Shown one piece after another: positions 29,199 to 40,700 of a DNA stretch of 64,000 nt. Origin of the DNA: Trichoplax adhaerens. Its lineage: Eukaryota; Animalia; Placozoa. Both the position numbers and the translations under genes were made by a program. The stretch covers positions 4,947,397 to 5,011,396 of the forward strand of contig NW_002060945.1 in assembly GCF_000150275.1 (NCBI RefSeq), read 5' to 3'. Each line of letters begins with the position of its first letter. The first letter of the stretch is position 1. Below the pieces are notes generated by a model, which did not search any database, was not told where the DNA came from, and saw only the letters and a list, made by a program, of their open reading frames with translations.

Positions 29199-32100
29199 CT
29201 ACATGATTAATAACATGCATAACACGCAACTTATGAAGACTACTAATGACGACTTTGATAACTTTAACGCGACATTATCAGTTGCGGGGGTGGTAAAAAA
29301 TTGGGCGATCGTTTCATTTTGGGTTGGTCCACCATTGCTCTCATAGAAATCTTCCATAGCGCTTGTAGTCCACATTAGCGCTGTAATATTATCGGAAGTA
29401 ATTAAATCTACCGTACAAGTATATAAATAATAATTTGTAAAATTTGATAAAGAACAATTGTTGTAAGCACTGCCACCATACATTGACGACCAATCTTTTG
29501 TAGGTTCGTCGAAATCATTTCCGTATACTTTCGGGCAACCACGTTCACAGATTACAGGTAAATTATCGTTATCAGTCAGTGTATATTCGATAGAAGAAGG
29601 AACCGTAATTATAATTGCTAAAAAAGGCCCGGTTTGATGAACAATGATGCTAGTATTGATTCGTTCAATTACTATTTTCATCTTAACTTTCTCTTTTAGG
29701 ACTTCCACGCGTATTCCTTTACCTTTCGGACTGCCATTAGTAAATACGCTTGGAATATTATCAATCGACGCTTTATAAATTCTGGGACTGGTACAGTCTT
29801 CTTCCTTAATAACTACAGATACCTATAAGAGCAAGGTGAAGTTATTCAATCAGAGAATCTGTATACGGTATCTTTATGATTAGCTGAAATTAACATATAA
29901 AAAACTTTTCACGAGTTATTGATAGAGCAACCAAAAACAGGAGAAATAAAGAAGGGTGATGTTAATTTTAATCCATAAATATTAAAAGTTAACATTAGCT
30001 TCGGCATTGTAATAGTCAACTTTTTGTTTACATAACTTTTTAAATATAATTAGTTGTGTCAATACAAACTGGAAATAACGAGCGTTTATAGGGACGGATC
30101 TTTATGAAATAGCGACAAATTATTATACTTTTTAGTATCCCTAGACAATATAAAACTGGGGATGAAGTTCAAAATTTAAATAGAAGAAAAAGAAGTTACA
30201 GTTCAGAAATACAAGAAAAAGTGAAGATATTTAATCCACTCAAATTGTAGGGTGAATAGAGTGAATAGTTTGGGCATTATGATTATGTTTAATAAGAGAT
30301 TGGTAGTAGCTCCGTTCACAGTCCATGGCGGACTGGTCCGGACTAGAGACTGTGGCAGTCATAAATCCCCATAAGATCAAATGATTCATTTGTAGAGTAC
30401 AGTAAATTTTGGCGATAGCTTAGAGGTTACTACATTGAGAGTCCGTAACTTATGATGAACGACATATTAGTTATTTATCGTAAGAGTTGTTAGTAATGTA
30501 ATGTTGTCATAGTAGCAACATTTTATTGCCCTTGAGGAACTTTCGATTTAGCAATAACGGTCTACGCGTATTTGCAATTTTTAAATTCAACAAGAAAGCC
30601 GATCAGCCAGTGTTAAATCTAGGATTGCTGCTAAACGTTCACGTTCTTATGATTATTGTAACTAAGATGCTGTGGTACCACTAAGTTGAATATTATAACT
30701 ATACAAACTGTAGTAACTATAAAATGACGTTACTGAAACCCTAGCTACCATCAAATAAAAGCCTTAATTAATTTGTTCACATGATCACAGTACGAAAAGC
30801 TGGGGGCAAAGACTACAACAAAACCATAGTACCTAGCTAACAAAGGTAGTAGGATCGTCGTAACCTGATAATGAATTAGTTATTACTTATTGAAATACAG
30901 TCAATTTTTAGTGTTACCGCTTTTTGTACAAACCAAAAGGTTATTTCTCATTGTCAAATTCATTCAGCATGTGCAAAACATCTGATTTATTACGTTTCAA
31001 CTGCGAAGCGTTGACTTTATAAAATTTCCGCTACTTTGCGGTGCATAAATCTCATGATACTGTACGAATATTTCATATGGATTTAGGATCACGATCTACG
31101 AAATATTAGTGAAATTTGCATTGCAATTCAAGAAACTGATGATAACAGCGATTTTGTTGATTTATACTTTACATGATTAAAGTACTTAGTTAGTCCCTAT
31201 TTTGTATACCCTCAGTTTTCGAGTGAAGATTAATCTTTTCTCCGCTCAATCGTATTATTAATCAACGACTCTTGAGCACTTCAGAAATCATTAAAATATC
31301 AAATACTTGGGGAGTGAAATTAAGGGAACGCCCATGATCGTACGTACAGATTATCTCTTAGCGTTAAAATTTCTCCGCTTTTCTAGCGAAGATTATAAAT
31401 CAAACTACGAAATTAAATATTGCCTATTCGGTCAAAATTCGGGTCATCCTTCGATCTTCTGGCTTTCGCTAGACGTTCATAAGATTAAGTTTTGGTATTG
31501 TAGTCCATGATGGATTTCTAATTTGAGCTAGGTCAAACACTGTACATTTTTGGTGTATATAGTAACGATCATTAGTAACATCATCTACTAGGCTGTTACC
31601 GCCATGCTTTTGCAAGAACAGTACTGTGTCAACACACAAAACAGCATTGAATTTTTCACTGTTGCCGTAGGCTGTAGTATGTAGGTAAACACTACGGTAG
31701 GGTAGTTTGCAAAGCATCAAAAAATTCTACAAGAGTACAGTACAATACAATTAATTATGCAACTGCATTCTACCATACGCAACAGCACCTTAGTCAGTGG
31801 GTGGCGCATCTGCTGACTCACGCAACAATAGTCCATTTTTCGCTCTTCTAATGCTACAGGTAATGTACTGTATTGCACAGTTGCAGGGACTTGTACAAAA
31901 AAGGAATATTCCCTTAGAAGTCCCTGTAGGATGTCTGTGAATGACAATACTGGACATACCGCACATGTTTGATAAAAATATTTTTAAAAGCGCAGAATCT
32001 GATAGTCACTAATAAATATGAAAAGCAAATTATTAGCAATGATATACAGACTACGAGTATCATACAGTACATAGAAAATAGTAGTTACACCAGAAACAAT

Positions 32101-34821
32101 TTTAAGCACCTAAATACTGTACTCATTCAAATAGTTCTGTACTCGCTCCAAGTAAAGCAAATTTTGTTCTCCATAAAACAGTACTGTAGTATTGGTGGAC
32201 AGTCGAGTAGCGCTTGGTGCATCTATATACAATATCAAGTACAGTAAAAAGGACATTGAAGTAGTGTGTATTATGGTACCATTATTACAGTACTCCCAAG
32301 AGTCAATACTATATGTCAATATGCGTGTTTACTTTAGAAGTTAATAATTGCGCATGATGACAAGATCGAAGTAGTTGTCAAAAGGGTACCGCAGGGATAT
32401 TACCAACTCCAACAATCTCAAAGACGCATAATTGTCTGAATCTGTGTAAAAGTGGAAATTTAGAGGTTTCGCTGCTACAGTTAATTAAGGAAATGAAAGG
32501 AAGAGAAACTACTACGAATACATGTTACACTCCTAATCCTTTTCTGTAATTGTCTACAGTACAATACTGTATTAGTGACATCAAAATTTGATAAGTTGTT
32601 TAGTCAGGTTATTGATGTTATTTTACTGGATTAGTTGTAAATTTAAAATCGCATAAAGGCATGGAATTTAATAAAACACATTGCCGTCACCAATTTTAAG
32701 TATTCCTAAATCTCAACAGTTTTATAATGATTAACATGTAATACAGCAGAGGCATGCAATAAAAAATCAAGTATCTGCTATTTCTGACTATTTAATCCTG
32801 CTAATGGCAGAGCAACTCACAGCCTGTTGCTGCCTAGCCAGTCTATTCAACGGTCTGGCATTACTGTAGTTGTCCATCACTGGTATTGATAATTTGATAC
32901 ACCGTAAATTGTGATTACTAGCTAAAACCTGGTTTAGCTTAATGTCTTCACAGTAGAGGGTTAGCACGATAATAAATTTCAGAACTTCTTGGGTTCCCAA
33001 CAAATCATCTAGGTATTGAACACTGTATCGTCACATACTACAGTACAGTATATACCATTGGATGATTAGGGAATTACTGGGGTATTAATAATGAATTACA
33101 GTAAAATGGTACCGCGAATGTAAGTTTCATGTAGATAACTTTCATTTAAATTATTATAAAGAGAACCAAAAATGAACGAAACGAATGTACAACACATTAG
33201 TTAATCCAGAAATTTATCGTTTTCAATAAAAGCAGTGAATGTAACGCAAAAATTGATGACCATTGCTCTAACACAGCATCGACGATGGGAGCAATTTCGT
33301 AACTACTTACGGAAGCGTAATAGAAATATTTATATCTGATGTTATTACAAAAAAAAGCATCCCTGTTAATATTATCATACCTTATTCATTCGCAGTGCTG
33401 TAGTATATTGGTTAGCAGTATGGAAACTGCCCTGCACCATGAAGTGCTTGTTTTTAACTACAGGCCATGATCCACTTTGGCTTCGTGAGATAGAAGAGGT
33501 GCAACTTTGTAGTCCACCATCAAATGTTCGCAAGTGCCAACTGCCAAATATCGAACATGTTTTGTATTGCAACGCATCATCATAAGAGGGACGGCACTTA
33601 TAATCTACGCTTGTAGTTACTCTATTAGGCTGAGTAGGCAAAAACGTTGGTGTCGCTGAAGAATTATTATGACACTGGGGTTGAAACTTTTGATATGTGG
33701 CATAAAACTGCTTCAAATGCAAGTTACATTGGCAACCATCTGTATAGGCATTGTGTAAGCAATGCACAAATGCGCACATTTTAGCAGATGCCTTTCCATT
33801 TTCTGGTTTGTTCTCATCCTGAACCTGATTATAAAGCCGCGTACAATTATACTCGTACTTCGATGGACATTTACAATCACTATTCGAATCACCAACCGCC
33901 CAACCTACAGATTAAATCAAATGCGTCAATATAAAATTGTAAAGAATAAAAAAGTACAATGATTGTGTACTAAGTAAGAAAACAAAGGAGATAAAACTGA
34001 AATTTTTTCTGGGACAGTAAGAAACAGTGCGTTATATGTGATTATCAATAATTCTCGAATAATAATTCGGATTATGACTTTTCAAATGTATAGAGCTAAA
34101 AGATTACTATATTAATGATATAATGTATAATATTGTAATCCACATAAAACTCCATCATCCGATCATGTTACAGAAGAGTTTACGGCTGTCTACTGTGTGC
34201 CATGTATAGTATTATACAATGCGTTGCGACTTTTTTATATACTATAAAATATCGAAATGTCAATTAAAAGCTATGAATATAGTACGTAACTTCTGAGTAA
34301 CAGCTACTACAAGAAAAATTTGTGACTGCGTAATAAATAAAATAAAAAAATTAACTTCTGGTAACCATTTTATTGATACAAGTTATTCATTGAGTGGTCA
34401 TGACGGAAAAACAAATTTTAATTCAACCCTGTCTTGCGTCTCGAAATACAGTATCTGTACGCCAATCAATCAAATTTACAAACTGTGGTGTAAAATAATA
34501 TATATTTTTCCAATCATTATAGCGATACTAATATTATAAGTATTGAATAACTATATCCCGGACATGGGAGAACATAGGAGAATTGAGAAATGATAGTGAG
34601 AGTAGGATCAAGTTTCTTATGCTAGAACTACGGCGTTATAGTAATATTACTAATATATTTGCATACGCGACAAAAGCGCTTAATTAATGACATCGCGGTT
34701 GAGTGAAAATCGTCGTTACATTCAATACTTACTTACCTAAGTGTAATGAAAGTAGAGGAAGTAAGAAAGTATTAGTAATCAAAAATGTAATAAAGAAGGG
34801 AGAGCCTAGCTCTCTGGCCAT
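29199..34821 (-). CDS. RGM: Repulsive guidance molecule (RGM/hemojuvelin family), ~410 aa, predicted GPI-anchored. Exons 34821-34737, 33904-33381, 29822-29199
   Basis: Exon 1 is a signal peptide (MARELGSPFFITFLITNTFLLPLLSLHL). Exon 2 has a Cys-rich N-domain and CSIFGSWHLRTFDGGLQSC...GSWPVVKNKHFMVQ (cf. RGMa CGLFGDPHLRTFTDRFQTC...GAWPLIDNNYLNVQ). Exon 3 has TSIIVHQTGPFLAIIITVP, ICERGCP and YYLYTCTVDLITS (cf. TTIVVRQVGRYLTFAVRMP, LCLRGCP, YYQACVFDLLTT) and a hydrophobic C-terminal tail. Phases 1 and 0 are consistent. Confidence 0.93.
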
Positions 34822-34844
34822 TATAATGCGTTGTTGTATGGCAT
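34821..34844 (-). promoter_or_regulatory. Short upstream ORF (MPYNNAL*) whose stop overlaps the RGM start codon (TAATG)
   Basis: - strand ATG CCA TAC AAC AAC GCA TTA TAA, where the last A is the A of the RGM ATG. Confidence 0.45.
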
Positions 34845-35049
34845 TCGCTACGTTGAACTGCTGATTCGTAATGGTCAACTAATTTTTTGGTCGGTGGTCT
34901 TATTAAAAAAATTCACTCTTCAACACCAATCAAGCATGCATATACTGCATGTATGGTCACTAAGTAGAGTATGCGTACAATAAAAATACACGGACACTAC
35001 ATCCTGTAAATTTCTCTTTATTTTCTGCCGTTCAAAAAAGAAAAAATAA

Positions 35050-36290
35050 TACAGTAGGTGGACAAGCTGTACAGTGTACAGTACATGTTAACACATGCAG
35101 TACGTACTGTACAGTACTGTACTGTACAGTACTGTACTGTACAGTACATTGGCAGTCTGTATCGCTACTTCGATGTACTGTACAGTACTGTACAGTATAG
35201 CTACATTTGTACTGTACAGTGTACAGTACTGTACAAATGTAGCTATACAGTACTGTAGAGGGTCTCTAATGAATTACTGTACTAGCACAGCAAAGAGAAA
35301 AAATATTAAAAATCTTACTCCTACAGTATGTACTGTACGTACAATGTACAGTACATTGTACATTCAGTGTACTGTACAAGTACAGACTCCGTAGTGCAAA
35401 GTAACAAATAGTTACTTTAAAACATACAGTGTTATATTATATCATATCATATTATAATACTGTACAGTACAGTATAATACAGTATAATAGGAAGCGGTGT
35501 GGTACAGTTATTATTAGAACCAGAACCAAGGGGATTACTGTATTATTGTTGTTATCTTGACCAATGTTACAGGACGAGAAGAAACGTTTGCTCATTGGCC
35601 TGATGCCCAAATCCCCACTCAAACAAAAGATAACTAGGAAAACGATCTTCATGGCTAGAATTTTCAAATGCCTGTGAGGCTACAGTACTTACTCTATCAC
35701 AGACTTCTAAGGAAATTCTTACAAATCCCTGGCAGTATAGCCATATCTGGCTATTTTAAGTCAAATTAAAGTATGCAACGCACTCTGTAACAAATACAAT
35801 ACTTTAGATACTATGAAACATGTTCTAATAATAATAAAATAAAATAAAATAAAATGGAACAAAAACAGCGATGTCAATGACTTGGTAAAAACAGAACAAC
35901 AACAGCCTGCCCTGCAGTAAAAGGACCCAGCCACAGCAGGCGTCAGCCCCGTAAAGGTTAATGGGATACTGTCGGATCCTTTGTCAATCAAGTACAGTAC
36001 ATTGTTTGTTGTATCAATTCTGAACGCCCACTGTACAGTGTACTGTACTGTACACTGTACTGTGCTGTATAAAATAAATCATTTTTTTACAATAAGTACA
36101 GAGTCGAAGGAGACCAGCACGAGTTTTATCATGACCTTTACTTATCATCAATCAATCATTTAATTATGCCGTCCTGTACTGACTCATATACTGTACTGTA
36201 CAGTACATAAAATAAATAAAAAATAAAATCTATACAGTATATACTGTGCAGTATACGTCACGTTCCTAGTATACTATACAGTATATTAAT
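35050..36290. repeat. TACAG/CTGTA pentamer arrays upstream of RGM (putative promoter mark)
   Basis: For example 35101-35150 tacgtactgtacagtactgtactgtacagtactgtactgtacagtac, with further clusters at ~35320-35480 and ~35990-36280. Confidence 0.75.
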
Positions 36291-37783
36291 GTAGGTTATG
36301 ACTATGACAGCTTACTGACTGTATTCTATGATACTAAAGCTACTAAAGCTACACCATGAACTTCTACTTCATATTGTTTCTACTTGCGCGTATTACTTCT
36401 TGGTACCTATTGTTGTGAATAAGTTCCGAAATAAATTAACTGTAAGTTTCATAAGTTTCATAAAGTTTTGTTTTATAGATGCAACAACGAAACAAATCAG
36501 AAGGTGCTCGTACTGTTACATTACTACATGCAGGGAACGGCATTGGCGTCCGAAGTCGAACTCAGCGGTATGCAAGCGTATGTAACATGTAATGTAGTCA
36601 ATTTACTGTTAGTACAATATTGCACGTATGCACACAACATTCAGTACTGTGCACTTACAATCTTTTGTCCCATACAGTACGTTATAATGCTACCCAAACT
36701 ACGGTAGTAATTCTATAGTCCGGATAGAACATACACTGATGGCATAGACATTATTGATAACCTGCTGTTTAGGGTTGGGATTATAGGCAAAGTTGTATAG
36801 TACAAATTAGATAACAAAAAAACATGGTAAATTTCAGAATTGTGAGATTACTAAACAAAAATTGCGATCACTGGAAATCCTTCCCATACTACATGTAGTA
36901 CAGCACTATATAATAATAATTTAAAATCCACAAGGACTATATAGTAGGCTTAATACATGTTGAAAGTAAAATTTTAATTCAAACAATGTATCCAAATCCA
37001 GCGTCTACAAAGCTCTAAATTAAGCATTAAATGATTAGATTAAAATCAAGGCAGCCATGATGAGATGAAAACAGATACTACCATATTGACAATTACTTAC
37101 TATTAGTTCAAAAATTACGAATTCAAATTGAGATTAAACTGTAACGATGAATATATTACTGCGTACGGTATCTCTAATTAATATCAATTAATTAATTAAT
37201 CATATAAAAATTTACAATTCGATGCAGTTGTACTATATATCATATCTATGTGGTGCACAGGGTGATATAATGATTTTACATTACTACTAATACCATTCGG
37301 AATTGGAGAGGCAAAGACTGCAAGACAAAAAAATTACTTTCTCAGATTAAAGTAAAATTAATATCATTAATTAGATTTATTATACAGTAAACGTAAACAA
37401 TTTAACACAAATAATTGTAATTATAATTATTATAGTAATTCATAAATCAATTCCTTAGTTGTTACCAATGTAAAATATATCAATGGAACTACATGATTGT
37501 ATTATATCAGCTTGGAGCATGTCGAATTTTTGACAAGTCGTATTTTAATCCAGATTTAAATTAATAATAATACATTTTACAACTGTGATACTAAGTCATA
37601 ACATATACTAATAAACCGTACAATTTAGCAACTAAGCTTAAAGCAGATATCTATAATCGATTAGATGCACTGGTGTAATAAGGAATAACGAATGATCCCC
37701 AGCTTTAAAGTTTCGTATAATTTATAGAGTTCACTGGCAATTAAATGTATCTCCGTACACATGCTGCAAGGACTGTCCATAAA

Positions 37784-40700
37784 TTAGATATCACCATTTA
37801 GAATCAAGTTAACTGCTCTATTAATATCTCCATTCGTTAATTCTAGAGCACGCAGACTTAAGGCATCATCCTGAATACCCATTTCACGTAAAATTTGAAT
37901 CTATAATGATTAGTTATACCGTAATTAATACGCTATATTTTTAGCTATAGCTTATTTAGTAGATGTTTTTATATACCTGTTTCTGTCTTTCTTGTGAACG
38001 TTCCTAAAACGTTATAGAAGCACCAAATTAATGAACAGAAATACTATATCGAAGCTATTACGATTATTCTATAGAGAAATATGACACTAAAATGCAGTTC
38101 TATTGACGTATATGCAAGATTTTCTATGATAATATATATCAGAGCCTGTACAAATAAACTATAGATAAAAGTAGGCATGAATCATTAAAAATGAAATACA
38201 GCTGTAAATTATAACTTTAAATACACACTATATTGTTACAAGAGAGTAAAATCTAGCTATCCGTAGATCTATGGCAGTTATTGATCATGATCTTCGTTAC
38301 TAATCTCTTCAACAAAAGTCGTTTATGCTTTAAAAAATGTAACAGCAAAACAAGCTATATCCGTCTAAAGTAAAGTTTCACGAACTATAATTTTCATCTA
38401 TCAATATTACCAAGCTAGGCAAAGTAGTATTACCTGCAATATAGTATTATTCCTTCTATCACTGCCTAAAGCGTTATCAAGGGCTTGGCTTAATAAATCA
38501 GACGTTATCCTATTGGGCTCTTGGTCAACACTAGAAGTAGTAGGTGAATCTCTTGTCTCATGTCGTTGTGATTGCAATGATTCCGCACTATCATTTTGCG
38601 TAGAAGATGATGTAAATGCACTTGCTAGGGCTGCCTCCAAATGCTGTCGAGTAACAAGCTGTGTTTGCGATGTGCCTGCTGCTGATTCTGAGGTTTGTGT
38701 CGCACCTATGGTCGCACCAGATCCATATGGACGGAAAGTATCGTATACATCACCCTATCACAAGTAGAATAACCGCTGTCATACCGTTGTCTGTGACAGT
38801 AATTTTATAAGTTTTGGTCACACTTACTATGGGAAATTGCTCAGGATTAGACAATTCGTAGGTATCATCGTTAGAATCATCCGAATTTCCTCCGTTGCTA
38901 TGGACTTGACGGCGAAGTGATGCGCCGTCTCGTAGAGGTATTTCTCTTACATTTATTCCGGTAGCTTTCATAACATATAATACCGCTTGACCAAGAACTG
39001 GATGAGCTTTAATCACACTAGAATAATGAAATAACAGATTTGAAAAAGGGACCAGCTTATATCCCCGAAGGCAACATTAATTAAAGGAAACAGTATGAAA
39101 TTAGGTCATAAGTTCCGGGCTCAAGAGTCCGTAATAATCGTACAATAATTACTTAGTTAAAAGCTTATATCGGGTACAGCAATACAGTATCTTAAACTGG
39201 ATAGTAAACAAGTGAGCGTATAAGATTAAAACTGCTCTGTACCTTTCTAGATTAGAAGGATCCATTAACATTCGCATAAGGTCTTTATCTACAAGTATAT
39301 CTAGTAATTGTAGATGATATGATTACAGATCAATAATATTAATGTTTTAGATTACATTATAAAGAAATACGTCTGTTTGATATAATGTCTCCGTTGCCGT
39401 ATCTTACTAAAAGCAATGGTGTTTTCTCGTAGACCCGGAATGGCTGAATGTACTTGTTGAATGACTTCGGGCTTATCGAAAGCGGTACTGATCTAAAATG
39501 CGAAAAATGTATACAATTTAATGTAGAATTGATGGTAATACGATAGTAAACAACCCTGCAATGAGTTTATGAGCATTAGCTACACTAATATATATCATCA
39601 TTCCTGTCATAGTTATTTTACGTCCATTTCAACTGAAGATGTTGCTAATTGATTTGCAACTACAACCATTAGGTAGGATGTAATGTATTTCAAGTTGTAG
39701 TTAACAATTGCAACTGTACTGTATTGGCTTCTTAAGTGTGGCTATTGCATAAGTACAAGTAGCATTGATTTTGTAACATAATATAGGCCAGATAGAAAAT
39801 CTTTTCATTTACGCCTAATGTATCGTATAAGATAGCAACACGCGTTATAATGAAATACTTGTATAACAGTTGCATACACTGCATAAATATTCAAGACAAA
39901 AGCCAATACAATATTTACGATAATTAATAGTAAGTAACTAGTATCTATCATCCCTTATATAACATCGCAATATATATTAAACTGGACTGTCAGGAAAAAT
40001 ATGTAACTATACATTAGTAATTGATTAAAATGCCAAGTTGGCAATGATTGAAAGTAAGTAAAGTAAAATGAAAATACAATATGAAGCACACGTATTGTGG
40101 TATAAATTACTGCGATAGCTAAACTTAACTCCTAAAAATTACAAACTGTGGTAACCGCACATTTTAGGATGTCGGAGTGTCACGGTCAAGCTTTTGCCGC
40201 ATAAGATGCCTATGCATTACATTCGCATAAGCTTGACAAGCATCAATGTATCACCCTACATAAATTAGCTGCGTTAAATGTAGTGATCTCTAGCACTGAC
40301 TAATTTTGAATTTAGTGCATTTAAGCTTTTTGAAACACCAATAGAAGCAGGTTATTTCTTAATGAGTTACAACATACGAAAGAAAGAACATTCAATAAAG
40401 ATACAGAGTACAAGTATACCTACTTTTTCTAAGACCTTCGGGTTGAGCATAGCTCTCCTTAGCTTCGAAATCAATTCATTTACATTAACTACAATTGAAA
40501 GAGTTAGACAATTTAAGCAAATTGTAAGAAATAAGAGAAGAGGGTCAAAAGAAAGGATAGAAGTAAAACTATAATAGTAGTTTTTCATACGTTTGGGTAT
40601 GTGTATAATTTACTCCTTACATCAAGTTCGTAACGAATAATTATGCTCGAACGATTAAATACGTGGTCCTACTATGAAGACCACATACAATGCATTTTAT

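Noticed and set aside
35058-35394. ORFs rich in YSTV/CTVQ repeats
   Set aside because: Translations of stop-poor TACAG arrays, not genes.
35570-35640. GREETFAHWP, resembling a BIR domain start (RxxTFxxWP)
   Set aside because: A stop follows within ~12 codons and no GF or C-x2-C...H...C zinc ligands are seen; likely chance.
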